This document shows, in pieces, positions 55,082 to 64,000 of a stretch of DNA of 64,000 nucleotides. The notes under the pieces were generated by a model. That model made no database searches. It worked only from the letters and a program-made list of their open reading frames with translations, and was not told the DNA's origin. This DNA is from Azolla caroliniana. Its lineage: Eukaryota; Plantae; Polypodiophyta. The translations under genes and the position numbers were made by a program. The stretch covers positions 13,082,001 to 13,146,000 of the forward strand of contig JBHGNT010000001.1 of assembly GCA_043228905.1 (NCBI GenBank), in the 5' to 3' direction. The stretch's first letter is position 1; each line of letters opens with the position of its first letter.

Positions 55082-56550
55082 TGTTGAGCGAGCAAGCTCA
55101 ACCAGATCCGGATTGGCTGAATAAGCCAGAGCTGGATCGGTATCCAGAACAGAGAATCGGATCGGTGTCCGGATGATATCCGGAACCAGGAGCTGGATCG
55201 GAGACTCGGATCGGATTGAAACCGGTAGGCCGTTAGAGGCCTACAGATCTACCCTAGTACGTAGGCATATTTTTGGGAGTCAGTGATAGTCGCTCGTATG
55301 AGAATTGAAGAACTTGTCATTACCTCTGTCAGTCCTTTATGGACTTGTATAAAAGTGCTCTTTGAGCACATTCTATGTACAGAGAGTTTTGAGAGTATTT
55401 TTTGAATACAGTTTACGTTCTGTCTCTCCCGCACATATTCACCGTGTTAAGATTCCATTGAACCTTCCTCTCTAATTGTTGCTATCCGGTAGAGCCGGTT
55501 TGTAATACGCTTCTGAACATTCACATTCACATGGTATCAGAGCGCGAGGGTTAAGAACCTCTGCAACTGACAGACGCTTCAAAGACAAACCCTAATACAC
55601 GGCAACAACAGATAGAGAAAGATATGGACAGAGGTATGGCGAGTTCATTCCCAATAGAAAAGCTCGACCGGAGCAACTATGTGTCCTGGTCATATAAAAT
55701 GCACCAATACCTGCTGGGGCATGGATATTGGAGCTACGTGGAGAGAACCAACGAGGTCGTGTCGGAGCTGGGACACAAAGACTTCCCAGCATGGCAGCAA
55801 GGAGTGAGCCGAGTATTGTTTTGCCTTGCGTCCGGTGTGCACGATCAGATGCTTAGCTACATCAAAGATGCAAAAACGCCAAAGGAGGCTTGGGAAAATC
55901 TCTGGAAGATTTTTGCCGCTAGTACCACAACACAGAAGTTGCAGCTCCGACAAAGCTCAACAATATCCGATAGAGGGACATGTTCGTGACTGACTACACC
56001 ACCAAGATAAAGGAGATTTGCGACGCGCTCGAGTCTATCAACATGACGGTGAACAAAGACGAGATGGTTCAAATCTACCTCGGCGGTCTAGCACAACGGT
56101 ACGGGCCAATTCGGATGACGATCTGCATGCGGGAGAAGCTATCATCCTTCTTTGACTTACAATCCATGTTGATGATCGAAGAAAACCACATGAGTGGGTC
56201 GAGGACCACTCAATCGGACAGTCGGATGTTGTACACAGAGGCGGATCGACCCCGTGGGAGTGGAGGATGAGGTGGGTCGGCACGCAATGGAGGCGACCGA
56301 CAAGAGCAGAACCGAAGGCACAGAGACATTGCTGACAACAATTCTGGACCCTCCACAAGTAGGGGGAGTCAAGGCAGTGCCGGAAACCGGCAAGGAAAGG
56401 CCGACACGGAATGCTGGTACTGTGGCAAGAAAGGCCACAAAGAAAGCGAGTGCTGGAAGAAGCGCGCCGATTCTGATAAATCTCGATCCGGCAAGACCGG
56501 ACAGGGAAACCGGCAAAGCTCGCACTACGCAGAAGGATCGGGAGGATCCG
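55082..56550 (+). mobile_element. Ty1/copia G, 5' part (LTR 55082-55529, PBS, gag)
   Basis: TGTTGAG...TTCA, PBS TGGTATCAGAGC at 55532, gag MDRGMASSFPIEKLDRSNY with frameshift, CWYCGKKGH knuckle. Interrupted at 56551. Confidence 0.88.
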
Positions 56551-56870
56551 TGTTGACTGGCAAGCTCAACCAGATCTAGATCGGCTGAATAAGCCTGAGC
56601 TAGATCGGTGAACCAGAGAGCTGGGGAGCCGGTTAGCCGGATCCAACAGTAATCGGTAACCTAGTAGCAGCCTAGACTACTAGGTAGTTAATGTCTCGTA
56701 GTTAGTGTCAGATGCTCGTGTGAGCATTGAAGTACACCGTACTTCTGTCAGTCCTCTTAGGACTTGTATAAATAGTGCCGTTGAGCACGTTGTATGTGCA
56801 CAGAGAATTTTACATTGTTTTTGATAATAGATTTAAGTTGTTTTGCTCTTTCTCTATCTCTCCTGCGTAT

Positions 56871-56911
<41 letters not shown>

Positions 56912-57395
56912 GGTATCCGGCTAAGCTGGTTGTCTAAAGCTTTAGCACCTTCGTTTTCACATGGTATCAGAGCGCGAGGGTTGAGAACCTCTGCAGCCGA
57001 CATCAGCATCTGAAGACAAAACCTAAGACCCGGTAAGAACAGAAAGAGGAGTGATGGACAGAGGAATGGCTAGCTCGCTCTCGGTGGAGAAGCTCGACAG
57101 ATCCAAATACACATCTTGGTCATACAAGATGCACCAGTACCTGCTTGGGCATGGTTACTAGAGCTATGTCGACGGAGCTAATGACACAACACCTGATGCG
57201 ACACACAAGGACTTCCCAATGTGGGAACAAGCGGCGAGCAGAGTGATGTACTGCTTTGCATCCAGTGTCGGAGACCAGCTGTTGAGCCATGTTTGAGATG
57301 CCAAGACGCCAAAAGAAGCTTGGGGAAACCTGAAGAAGGTTTTCGCAGCAAGCACTACGGCGCGGAAGCTACAACTCCGACATGAGTTTAGCAAT
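56551..57395 (+). mobile_element. Ty1/copia I, 5' part (LTR 56551-56959, PBS, start of gag)
   Basis: TGTTGA...TTCA, PBS at 56962, gag from about 57053 with stops. Interrupted at 57396. Confidence 0.85.
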
Positions 57396-57915
57396 TGTTG
57401 AGAGACAAGCTCAACATCGGCCGGATCGGCTGAAGAAGCCGAGGACCGGATCGGTTGGGACCGATCGGTTAGGCCGAATGCGTAAACCGGGAGGTCGTCA
57501 GGAAAGATATTCCGTGAGGAATATATTTGGGAGTTAGTGTAGGGGCTCTTGATGAGCATTGAAGTACTGTCAGTACTTCGGTCAGTCCTTCTGGGACTTG
57601 TATAAAAGTGCTCACTGAGCACGTCTTATGTACAGACTTGAGTATTATTATTGAATATTGTTTTTTGTGTCTACTCTCTCTGTCTCTCCCATGTATACCG
57701 TGTAAGCCCAAGCTCTCCATTGAACCTGAGTTTCCTTCCTCTGTTCTGTCTTCATACTTGCTTCCGCATGTTTCTTTCTAGATGGTATCAGAGCGCGAGG
57801 GTTGAGAACCTCTCTGCAGCCGACACAGCTTGACGAAGAAGAACAAGAAGAACGATGGATAGAGGCATGGCGAGCTTGCTTCCAACAGAGAAGCTCGACA
57901 GAACCAACTACGCGT

Positions 57916-60900
57916 TGTCGTGAAGATTTTCGTCCATAGGCGGAAAACCGAGCGAAGTAAGCAAACCCGCGATGTGCAACGTTGCACATCAAGATGTTGT
58001 ATTTCTATTTGTCGATAGTGATAAGTGTGGTGCTAGAAATGCACCTTAGGATTTGTAAAGTGTAAAGGTGATGTGCTTTTGCGCGCACATCCACGTGAGA
58101 GAGAGAGATAGGTACATAGTAGTTCGTGTAGAGGTGGGAGTTAAGACCCATCCTTCCCACCTCCCCTAAAATCAAGGGAAATATCCCCATTGATTGAAAG
58201 GGGATATTTTGTAGCACCTTTATGTAACGGTCTTCCCTCCTTGTGCTATAAAGGGAGAGGAAGAGCACCATTGTGGGGGTTGCCTTATTTTGAGTGTGAG
58301 TGAGGTATACCATTTCATTTTAGGGTTTCGGGTTCCTTAGTCAGGGTTTCTTTCCTTCTTCGTCGGATTAGGGTTTTGGGTTTATCATAGTCGTTTGGTG
58401 CGGCCTACGCGGCCGCCATTTTGTAATCGGTTTTCGGTTCTAATACATCTTGTTGAGCATCCGGCCTCCATCTTCCTCTTGTCCATTCTTTCTCTTCTTG
58501 TGCTAAGCTCCATTCCGAAGTCCTATTCCTTCTCCCCTTCTCCTTAGTCCAAGACCCCCGTGGTTCCGCCCTTCTCCACGCACGCGCGTAACTACGCGAC
58601 ATCTTTGGTGAACCCGACGTGAAGGGCGGCAAGGGAGAAAGAGATGGAAGAAGGCTTCGACTTCGAGGAGATGATGACAAAGATCTTGATGGACGCCGGA
58701 CGGAAGAGGGCGAGGCGAGAGGCGGCTCAACAAGCGGTCGAAAGGGTGGTCCGTCTAGTCGGCCGGTTCGATGGGAAGGAGGTCCCAAATTTTTTGAGAG
58801 CCTACGATGCGGAAATGACGAGGATGGGCGTGGACGAAGCGACGAGGCTAGAGTTCTTTCGTCGAGCGGTGGCCGCATCAAAGTACGAGGAGGTCAAGGA
58901 GCTCCAAGAAGCTCACGAATCGTGGGAGTCCTTTGAAGGGGCTCTAATGGAGGCATACGGGTGCGCGGAATCGGAGGTAAGAGGTCGGCGAGAGTTCGAT
59001 CGGTGGGTGGCGTCGGCGAGGCGCCACCGGAGCGCAATGGAGGCATTCCGAGAGTTCGAGCGTCGTTTCTCTCAACTCTCGGAGTGGGAACGAAGATCGG
59101 TGGGGGCGGACAAAGTCCTCCTATTTTTGGAGACGGTCCATCATGAGGAGAGGATGGACATCATGTTCGAGCTTCAAGACGATTATGGGGCGCATGGTCT
59201 CACCGAGGAGTGGCCCGAAGTGGAATGGGTGTGTCGGCAACATGAGGCGAGGCGGTCGGCCACAACACGGCCCGCGAGCGGGGGAGAAGAGAAAGCGACG
59301 ACCGACTACGCCATGCCGCCGGACGAGAGCTCATCGCGAACCGGTTTGGAGGGGCCCGACCTACAAGCGCTAATACGGGAGGCGTGCGGGCTCGTAATGG
59401 CGAAAATCGAAGCCGAAGAATGGCTTATTGCGGGGTCGGGCCCGAGCGGATCGGAGGACGCGGAGGAAGGAGCTTCCTCACACATGGAGGACGGGGCCTA
59501 TGCGGAGGCCGAAAGAGAATGGTACATCGGTACCACGGGAGAGGTTGCGGAGCGAGCCGCCCTCTCGACATGGGGGAAAAGAACGACCGAGGACGAGGTC
59601 GGGGATGGTGAGGCGGCGATCGCCGATTCGAGCGGACATGGCGGATTCGGGACACGGTGGCCCGAATCATCGAGTACGGAGGAGACAAGCGGCGGTACCG
59701 CAACCTTCCACGCACCGGTTCGAGAGACCACGGCGGCCGGCCCGAGCGCCCGCGAGAGACCGAGGGAGAAGAACGGTGGCGGCGGCAAGGCGAGCAACCG
59801 AGACAACGGTAAGGAGACCGCGGAAGAGGCGGCGGCAAGCATAACCGATGCTTGCATATACGGAGGCGGGGTAGCCACGGACAGCGACGTCCGAGCGGAG
59901 GTGGCTGCGGACATTACATCGACGAGCGGCGGTCCCGCGACCTTACACGCGTCATTGCTAGAGATCTCGGCGGCCGGCCCGAGTGCCCGCGTAAGACCTA
60001 TGGTGAAAGGCGGTGGCGGTGGCAAGGCGGGCGACCACGGCGTCGACACGAGAGAAGGTGCGGAGCAAGCGACCCTCTCATCTCGGGGAAAAAGAACGGC
60101 CATGGACGAGGCCGATATCTACGGAGCGATGGACGCCACTTCGAGAGTGGGTGGAAGTTTCGGGACGCGGTTGCCCGAAACGTTCTACGAGGATTTCGCG
60201 AGCATACTCGAGGCTTGCGAAATGGAGGAGGAAGACGAAACGAGCGATGGTGTCGCGACCTTCCACACACCGGCCCTAGAGGCTTCGGCGGTCGGCCCGA
60301 GTGCCGGCACGAGACCTAGAGTGACGGACGATGGCGGCGGCAAGGCGGGCAAACGAGATGACGCGGAAAACGGCGAAGAAGAGGTGGTGGCAAGCATACT
60401 AGAGGCTTGCGGAATCGGAGATGGGGGAGCCACGGATAACGACGACCGAACGAAAGCGGCTACGGAGACAACAAGCGGCGGTGCCGGGTCCTTACCCACA
60501 CCAATCCTAGAGGCTCCAATGGCCGGCCCGAGTGCCGGCATGAGGCTTAGCGCGACGGGAGGTGACGGCGGCAAGGCGGGCAACGGAAACGAGAAGGAAG
60601 ATTGGAGCGGACGGAGGCAAGACCCCTTGACACCGGGGCCGGAGACTTCGGCGGTTGTGCTCGAATGCCAACGTAAGACCGGAGAGATGGGCGGTGACCG
60701 TGAGGAGGTGAGGCCCGGAGAGAGCGCATACGAAGACGAGTATGCGGGGCCCGGAATGGGCGTATACGGTGGGTCCGACGGAGAGGACCGGAGCGGAAAC
60801 GAGGAGAGAGTCGGGAACCGTCCCGACCGGAATACGGCACGGAAGAGGAAGAGAGTAAGGGCCGGCGAACCGGGCCCAAACCGAAGGAAGCCGGCTAGAC

Positions 60901-63090
60901 CGATTGGCCGGTTACGGTTGCGGTTACGGTTACGATGGGAGCCGGTAAGCGCGAGATGGAGGCTAACCGGGCACGACGACCATGGTTCGGGGGAAAAACG
61001 GAAACAAACGAGACCCTCCATACCCACTCTAGAGACTACGGCGGTTGCGGATCAACATAAGACCGGAGAGACGGCGGGTGGCGGCGAGGAGTCGGAGGCC
61101 GGAGCGTACGAGGTTACCGGAACGGATATCCGGTACGAGATGGTGGACGGGTGGGTCCAAGACGGCGAGCCCGTGTCGGGACGGGCTACGGCGACAAAGG
61201 AGGAGAAGACCGACACGGAGGTCGGGTCTACGGCGGAAGAGCGAGACGAGATGCATGCAATACGGCCGATGGAGGGCCAAGACACAAGCATGCCTACGAA
61301 GGAACCACATCGAGCGACCGAAGATGACGGTCGGATCACGCCTTCGAGAGGCGAATACGAGGAGGAAGGCGACGACGACAAGACCTGGCACGATGCTAGG
61401 GAAGATTGGTGGGAAGAGGTGGCCTACGGAGAGGCTAAGACCGGCGGCCACGAAGATAAGGCCCGAGAGGGATCCTCCACACCGGCTATAGAGACTCCGG
61501 CGGTCGGCGCGAGTGCCGACGTGAGACCAAGAGTGGCGGACGGAGGCGGCGAGGGGACGAAGGCCACAATGGATGAAGGCACCGAGAGAGGCATACGGGA
61601 GGTCGCGGAGAACGAAGATGTATGCGCCCAAAAGAACGAACACGATATCACGAAGGATGTGTGCGGTCGAGCGGGCCAAGAGGGCCAAGAGGGTGTTCCT
61701 CCGAGCGAAACGGAGGTCGGGGAAGAAAGGTACCTTTCCGAAAGGGTACGCGAAGAGGAGCGGAATGCGAAACGTGCAATGCGGCCGCATGAGGGCCAAG
61801 CAACGAGCACGGGAACGATGGTATGCTCTACGGCGAAAGAGCACGGAAGGCGAAGGGAAGGCGGAAGATGCGTGATGGGGTCGTCGAAGGACCGAAGCAC
61901 GAGCACGCATTCGGAGGACGACACCGACGTACGGGGAAAGCCTACGGAAGGCAAGCGCGGAGCGAGAAGAGTCGGCACGACGACGTGCGCGGCACGAAAA
62001 AGGCGGATCCGGAGGATATGCGAGGCGGACAAAGGGTCGGCAACGGCGTTCGGGAGGACCGATCGGGGAAGAAAGTGCGGGCATCGGAAACGGCGGTCCG
62101 GATGTAGACGGTGGTTCGAGGAAACACGGTGGACGTGGCGGATCGGGTGGAGGCAACGACTCGGCGAACGTCGTCAAGTGTGGCGGATCGGACGGAGCCG
62201 ACGGTTCGAGACCATTCGACGGAGATGGTGGGCCGGAAGGCGACGGTGGTTCGTGTGGACGGGGTGGACTTGCTCGAAGTGGAAGACAAAGCCGGGCAAG
62301 CCCACGAGGTTGTCAAGGGCTCGGTTGGCCGCCTTGGCCGAAAATCTCGCGTTTTGTTCCCCTTTTGGCACATACCGGTGGATGTGCGGTTAGGTGGGGG
62401 CGGATGTCGTGAAGATTTTCGTCCATAGGCGGAAAACCGAGCGAAGTAAGCAAACCCGCGATGTGCAACGTTGCACATCAAGATGTTGTATTTCTATTTG
62501 TCGATAGTGATAAGTGTGGTGCTAGAAATGCACCTTAGGATTTGTAAAGTGTAAAGGTGATGTGCTTTTGCGCGCACATCCACGTGAGAGAGAGAGATAG
62601 GTACATAGTAGTTCGTGTAGAGGTGGGAGTTAAGACCCATCCTTCCCACCTCCCCTAAAATCAAGGGAAATATCCCCATTGATTGAAAGGGGATATTTTG
62701 TAGCACCTTTATGTAACGGTCTTCCCTCCTTGTGCTATAAAGGGAGAGGAAGAGCACCATTGTGGGGGTTGCCTTATTTTGAGTGTGAGTGAGGTATACC
62801 ATTTCGTTTTAGGGTTTCGGGTTCCTTAGTCAGGGTTTCTTTCCTTCTTCGTCGGATTAGGGTTTTGGGTTTATCATAGTCGTTTGGTGCGGCCTACGCG
62901 GCCGCCATTTTGTAATCGGTTTTCGGTTCTAATACATCTTGTTGAGCATCCGGCCTCCATCTTCCTCTTGTCCATTCTTTCTCTTCTTGTGCTAAGCTCC
63001 ATTCCGAAGTCCTATTCCTTCTCCCCTTCTCCTTAGTCCAAGACCCCCGTGGTTCCGCCCTTCTCCACGCACGCGCGTAACTACGCGACA
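57916..63090 (+). mobile_element. Young gag-only (TR-GAG-like) gypsy-related LTR element H
   Basis: 686-bp LTRs 57916-58601 and 62405-63090 (one substitution seen), 4-bp TSD GCGT. PBS TGGTGAACCCGACGTGAA at 58606-58623 (tRNA-Trp), PPT-like AGGTGGGGGCGGA before 62405. Confidence 0.93.
58644..62393 (+). CDS. 1249-aa Gag-like protein with long repetitive acidic extension
   Basis: Uninterrupted ORF filling the element interior. N-terminal retrotransposon capsid-like region (VGRFDGKEVPNFLRAYDAEM...SWESFEGAL). No PR/RT/RH/IN motifs recognised. Confidence 0.75.
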   Translation: MEEGFDFEEMMTKILMDAGRKRARREAAQQAVERVVRLVGRFDGKEVPNFLRAYDAEMTRMGVDEATRLEFFRRAVAASKYEEVKELQEAHESWESFEGALMEAYGCAESEVRGRREFDRWVASARRHRSAMEAFREFERRFSQLSEWERRSVGADKVLLFLETVHHEERMDIMFELQDDYGAHGLTEEWPEVEWVCRQHEARRSATTRPASGGEEKATTDYAMPPDESSSRTGLEGPDLQALIREACGLVMAKIEAEEWLIAGSGPSGSEDAEEGASSHMEDGAYAEAEREWYIGTTGEVAERAALSTWGKRTTEDEVGDGEAAIADSSGHGGFGTRWPESSSTEETSGGTATFHAPVRETTAAGPSARERPREKNGGGGKASNRDNGKETAEEAAASITDACIYGGGVATDSDVRAEVAADITSTSGGPATLHASLLEISAAGPSARVRPMVKGGGGGKAGDHGVDTREGAEQATLSSRGKRTAMDEADIYGAMDATSRVGGSFGTRLPETFYEDFASILEACEMEEEDETSDGVATFHTPALEASAVGPSAGTRPRVTDDGGGKAGKRDDAENGEEEVVASILEACGIGDGGATDNDDRTKAATETTSGGAGSLPTPILEAPMAGPSAGMRLSATGGDGGKAGNGNEKEDWSGRRQDPLTPGPETSAVVLECQRKTGEMGGDREEVRPGESAYEDEYAGPGMGVYGGSDGEDRSGNEERVGNRPDRNTARKRKRVRAGEPGPNRRKPARPIGRLRLRLRLRWEPVSARWRLTGHDDHGSGEKRKQTRPSIPTLETTAVADQHKTGETAGGGEESEAGAYEVTGTDIRYEMVDGWVQDGEPVSGRATATKEEKTDTEVGSTAEERDEMHAIRPMEGQDTSMPTKEPHRATEDDGRITPSRGEYEEEGDDDKTWHDAREDWWEEVAYGEAKTGGHEDKAREGSSTPAIETPAVGASADVRPRVADGGGEGTKATMDEGTERGIREVAENEDVCAQKNEHDITKDVCGRAGQEGQEGVPPSETEVGEERYLSERVREEERNAKRAMRPHEGQATSTGTMVCSTAKEHGRRREGGRCVMGSSKDRSTSTHSEDDTDVRGKPTEGKRGARRVGTTTCAARKRRIRRICEADKGSATAFGRTDRGRKCGHRKRRSGCRRWFEETRWTWRIGWRQRLGERRQVWRIGRSRRFETIRRRWWAGRRRWFVWTGWTCSKWKTKPGKPTRLSRARLAALAENLAFCSPFGTYRWMCG

Positions 63091-64000
63091 GCGTCTTGGT
63101 CCTACAAGATGCACTAGTACCTGCTCGGGCACGGCTACTGGAGTTATGTCGAAGGAGCTAATGACGCCGCACCCGAATCGACACACAGAGACTTCCCGTC
63201 ATGGGAGCAATCGGTGAGCAGGGTATTGTACTGCTTCACGTCGTGTGTGGGCGAACAGCTACTGAGCTATGTTCGGGATGCAAAGACGCCAAAGGGTGCG
63301 TGGGAAAATCTGAAGAAGATTTTCGCCACGAGCACCACAGCCAGGAAGCTTCAGCTCCGACAGGAGTTGAGCAACCTACGACAACGCGACTTGTCGGTGG
63401 CGGACTATACCTCAAAGATCAAGGATATCTGCGACTCCCTCGCCTCCATAGAGGTGAACATCGAGGAGAGCGAGATGGTCTAGATCTGTCTCGGAGGTTT
63501 GGCGTCGAAGTTCGGAGCGTTCCGAACGGCTGTGTGTACCCGGGAGAATACGCCGTCCTTTTTTGACTTACAGTCAATGCTCCTGGTAGAGGAGAACCAC
63601 GCGGGTGCGTCTACAAGCACGCACACCAACAACAGAATGCTGTACACGGAGGGAGATAGGCCCCGTGGACGTGGAGGACGAGGTGAGTCGGCGCACAATG
63701 GAGGCGGCCGACAAGATCAAGGAAGATGGCATCGAAGTGATGCCGACAGCAACTCCGGACCCTCCGGAAACAGGGGGAGTCGAAGCGATGAGAACCGGCA
63801 AGGGAAGTCCATCGCGGAGTGCTGGTACTGTGGCAAGAAAGGCCACAAGGAAAGTGAGTGCTGGAAGAAGCGCGCCAATTTGGAGAGAACTGGTTCCGGG
63901 AACGGCTCCAGACGTACCGACAAGGGAAATCGGCAGCGATCGCACTACGCCAAAGACTCCGGGAGAGCTGGAGAAGGGTCTGTCTTCGTGACGACACACG

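Larger units (their letters stand above)
57396..64000 (+). mobile_element. Ty1/copia J, 5' part (LTR 57396-57780, PBS, gag split by element H, continues past the window end)
   Basis: PBS TGGTATCAGAGC at 57783. gag 57855-57915 resumes at 63095 (NYASWSYKMH) and contains stops. Confidence 0.87.

Noticed and set aside
15552-55529. Pairing the 15552 and 55082 LTRs as one giant element
   Set aside because: Each is followed by its own PBS and gag, so both are 5' LTRs of separate copies.
59425-62481. Long antisense and alternate-frame ORFs within element H
   Set aside because: Shadows of the GC-rich 1249-aa ORF.

Overview
Plant nuclear DNA, probably a fern or other seed-free plant (inferred from the retroelement families). 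Bases 1-12.1 kb hold two convergent intron-containing host genes: a URK-I/At1g49730-type receptor-like kinase (+, 7 exons, 542 aa) and CDC48/p97 (-, 9 exons, 806 aa). From about 13 kb the window is a deeply nested transposon pile: two hAT-type MITEs, at least eight Ty1/copia copies, an intact young Tcn1/Tf1-like chromovirus (self-priming PBS, -1 frameshift signal, tRNA-like sequence in its LTR), gypsy pol remnants, two Penelope-like (PLE) fragments, and a young gag-only LTR element with a 1249-aa ORF, tRNA-Trp PBS and 4-bp TSD. The most unusual signal is a non-autonomous LTR family present three times (18648-21777, about 49.9-52.0 kb, 51965-55046). It has a tRNA-3'-end-like site at BOTH inner LTR borders and no polypurine tract, suggesting tRNA priming of both DNA strands. 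One copy carries a captured HSP110 gene fragment. There is a 100-N assembly gap at 34909-35008. tRNA and family assignments are from memory and need database confirmation.
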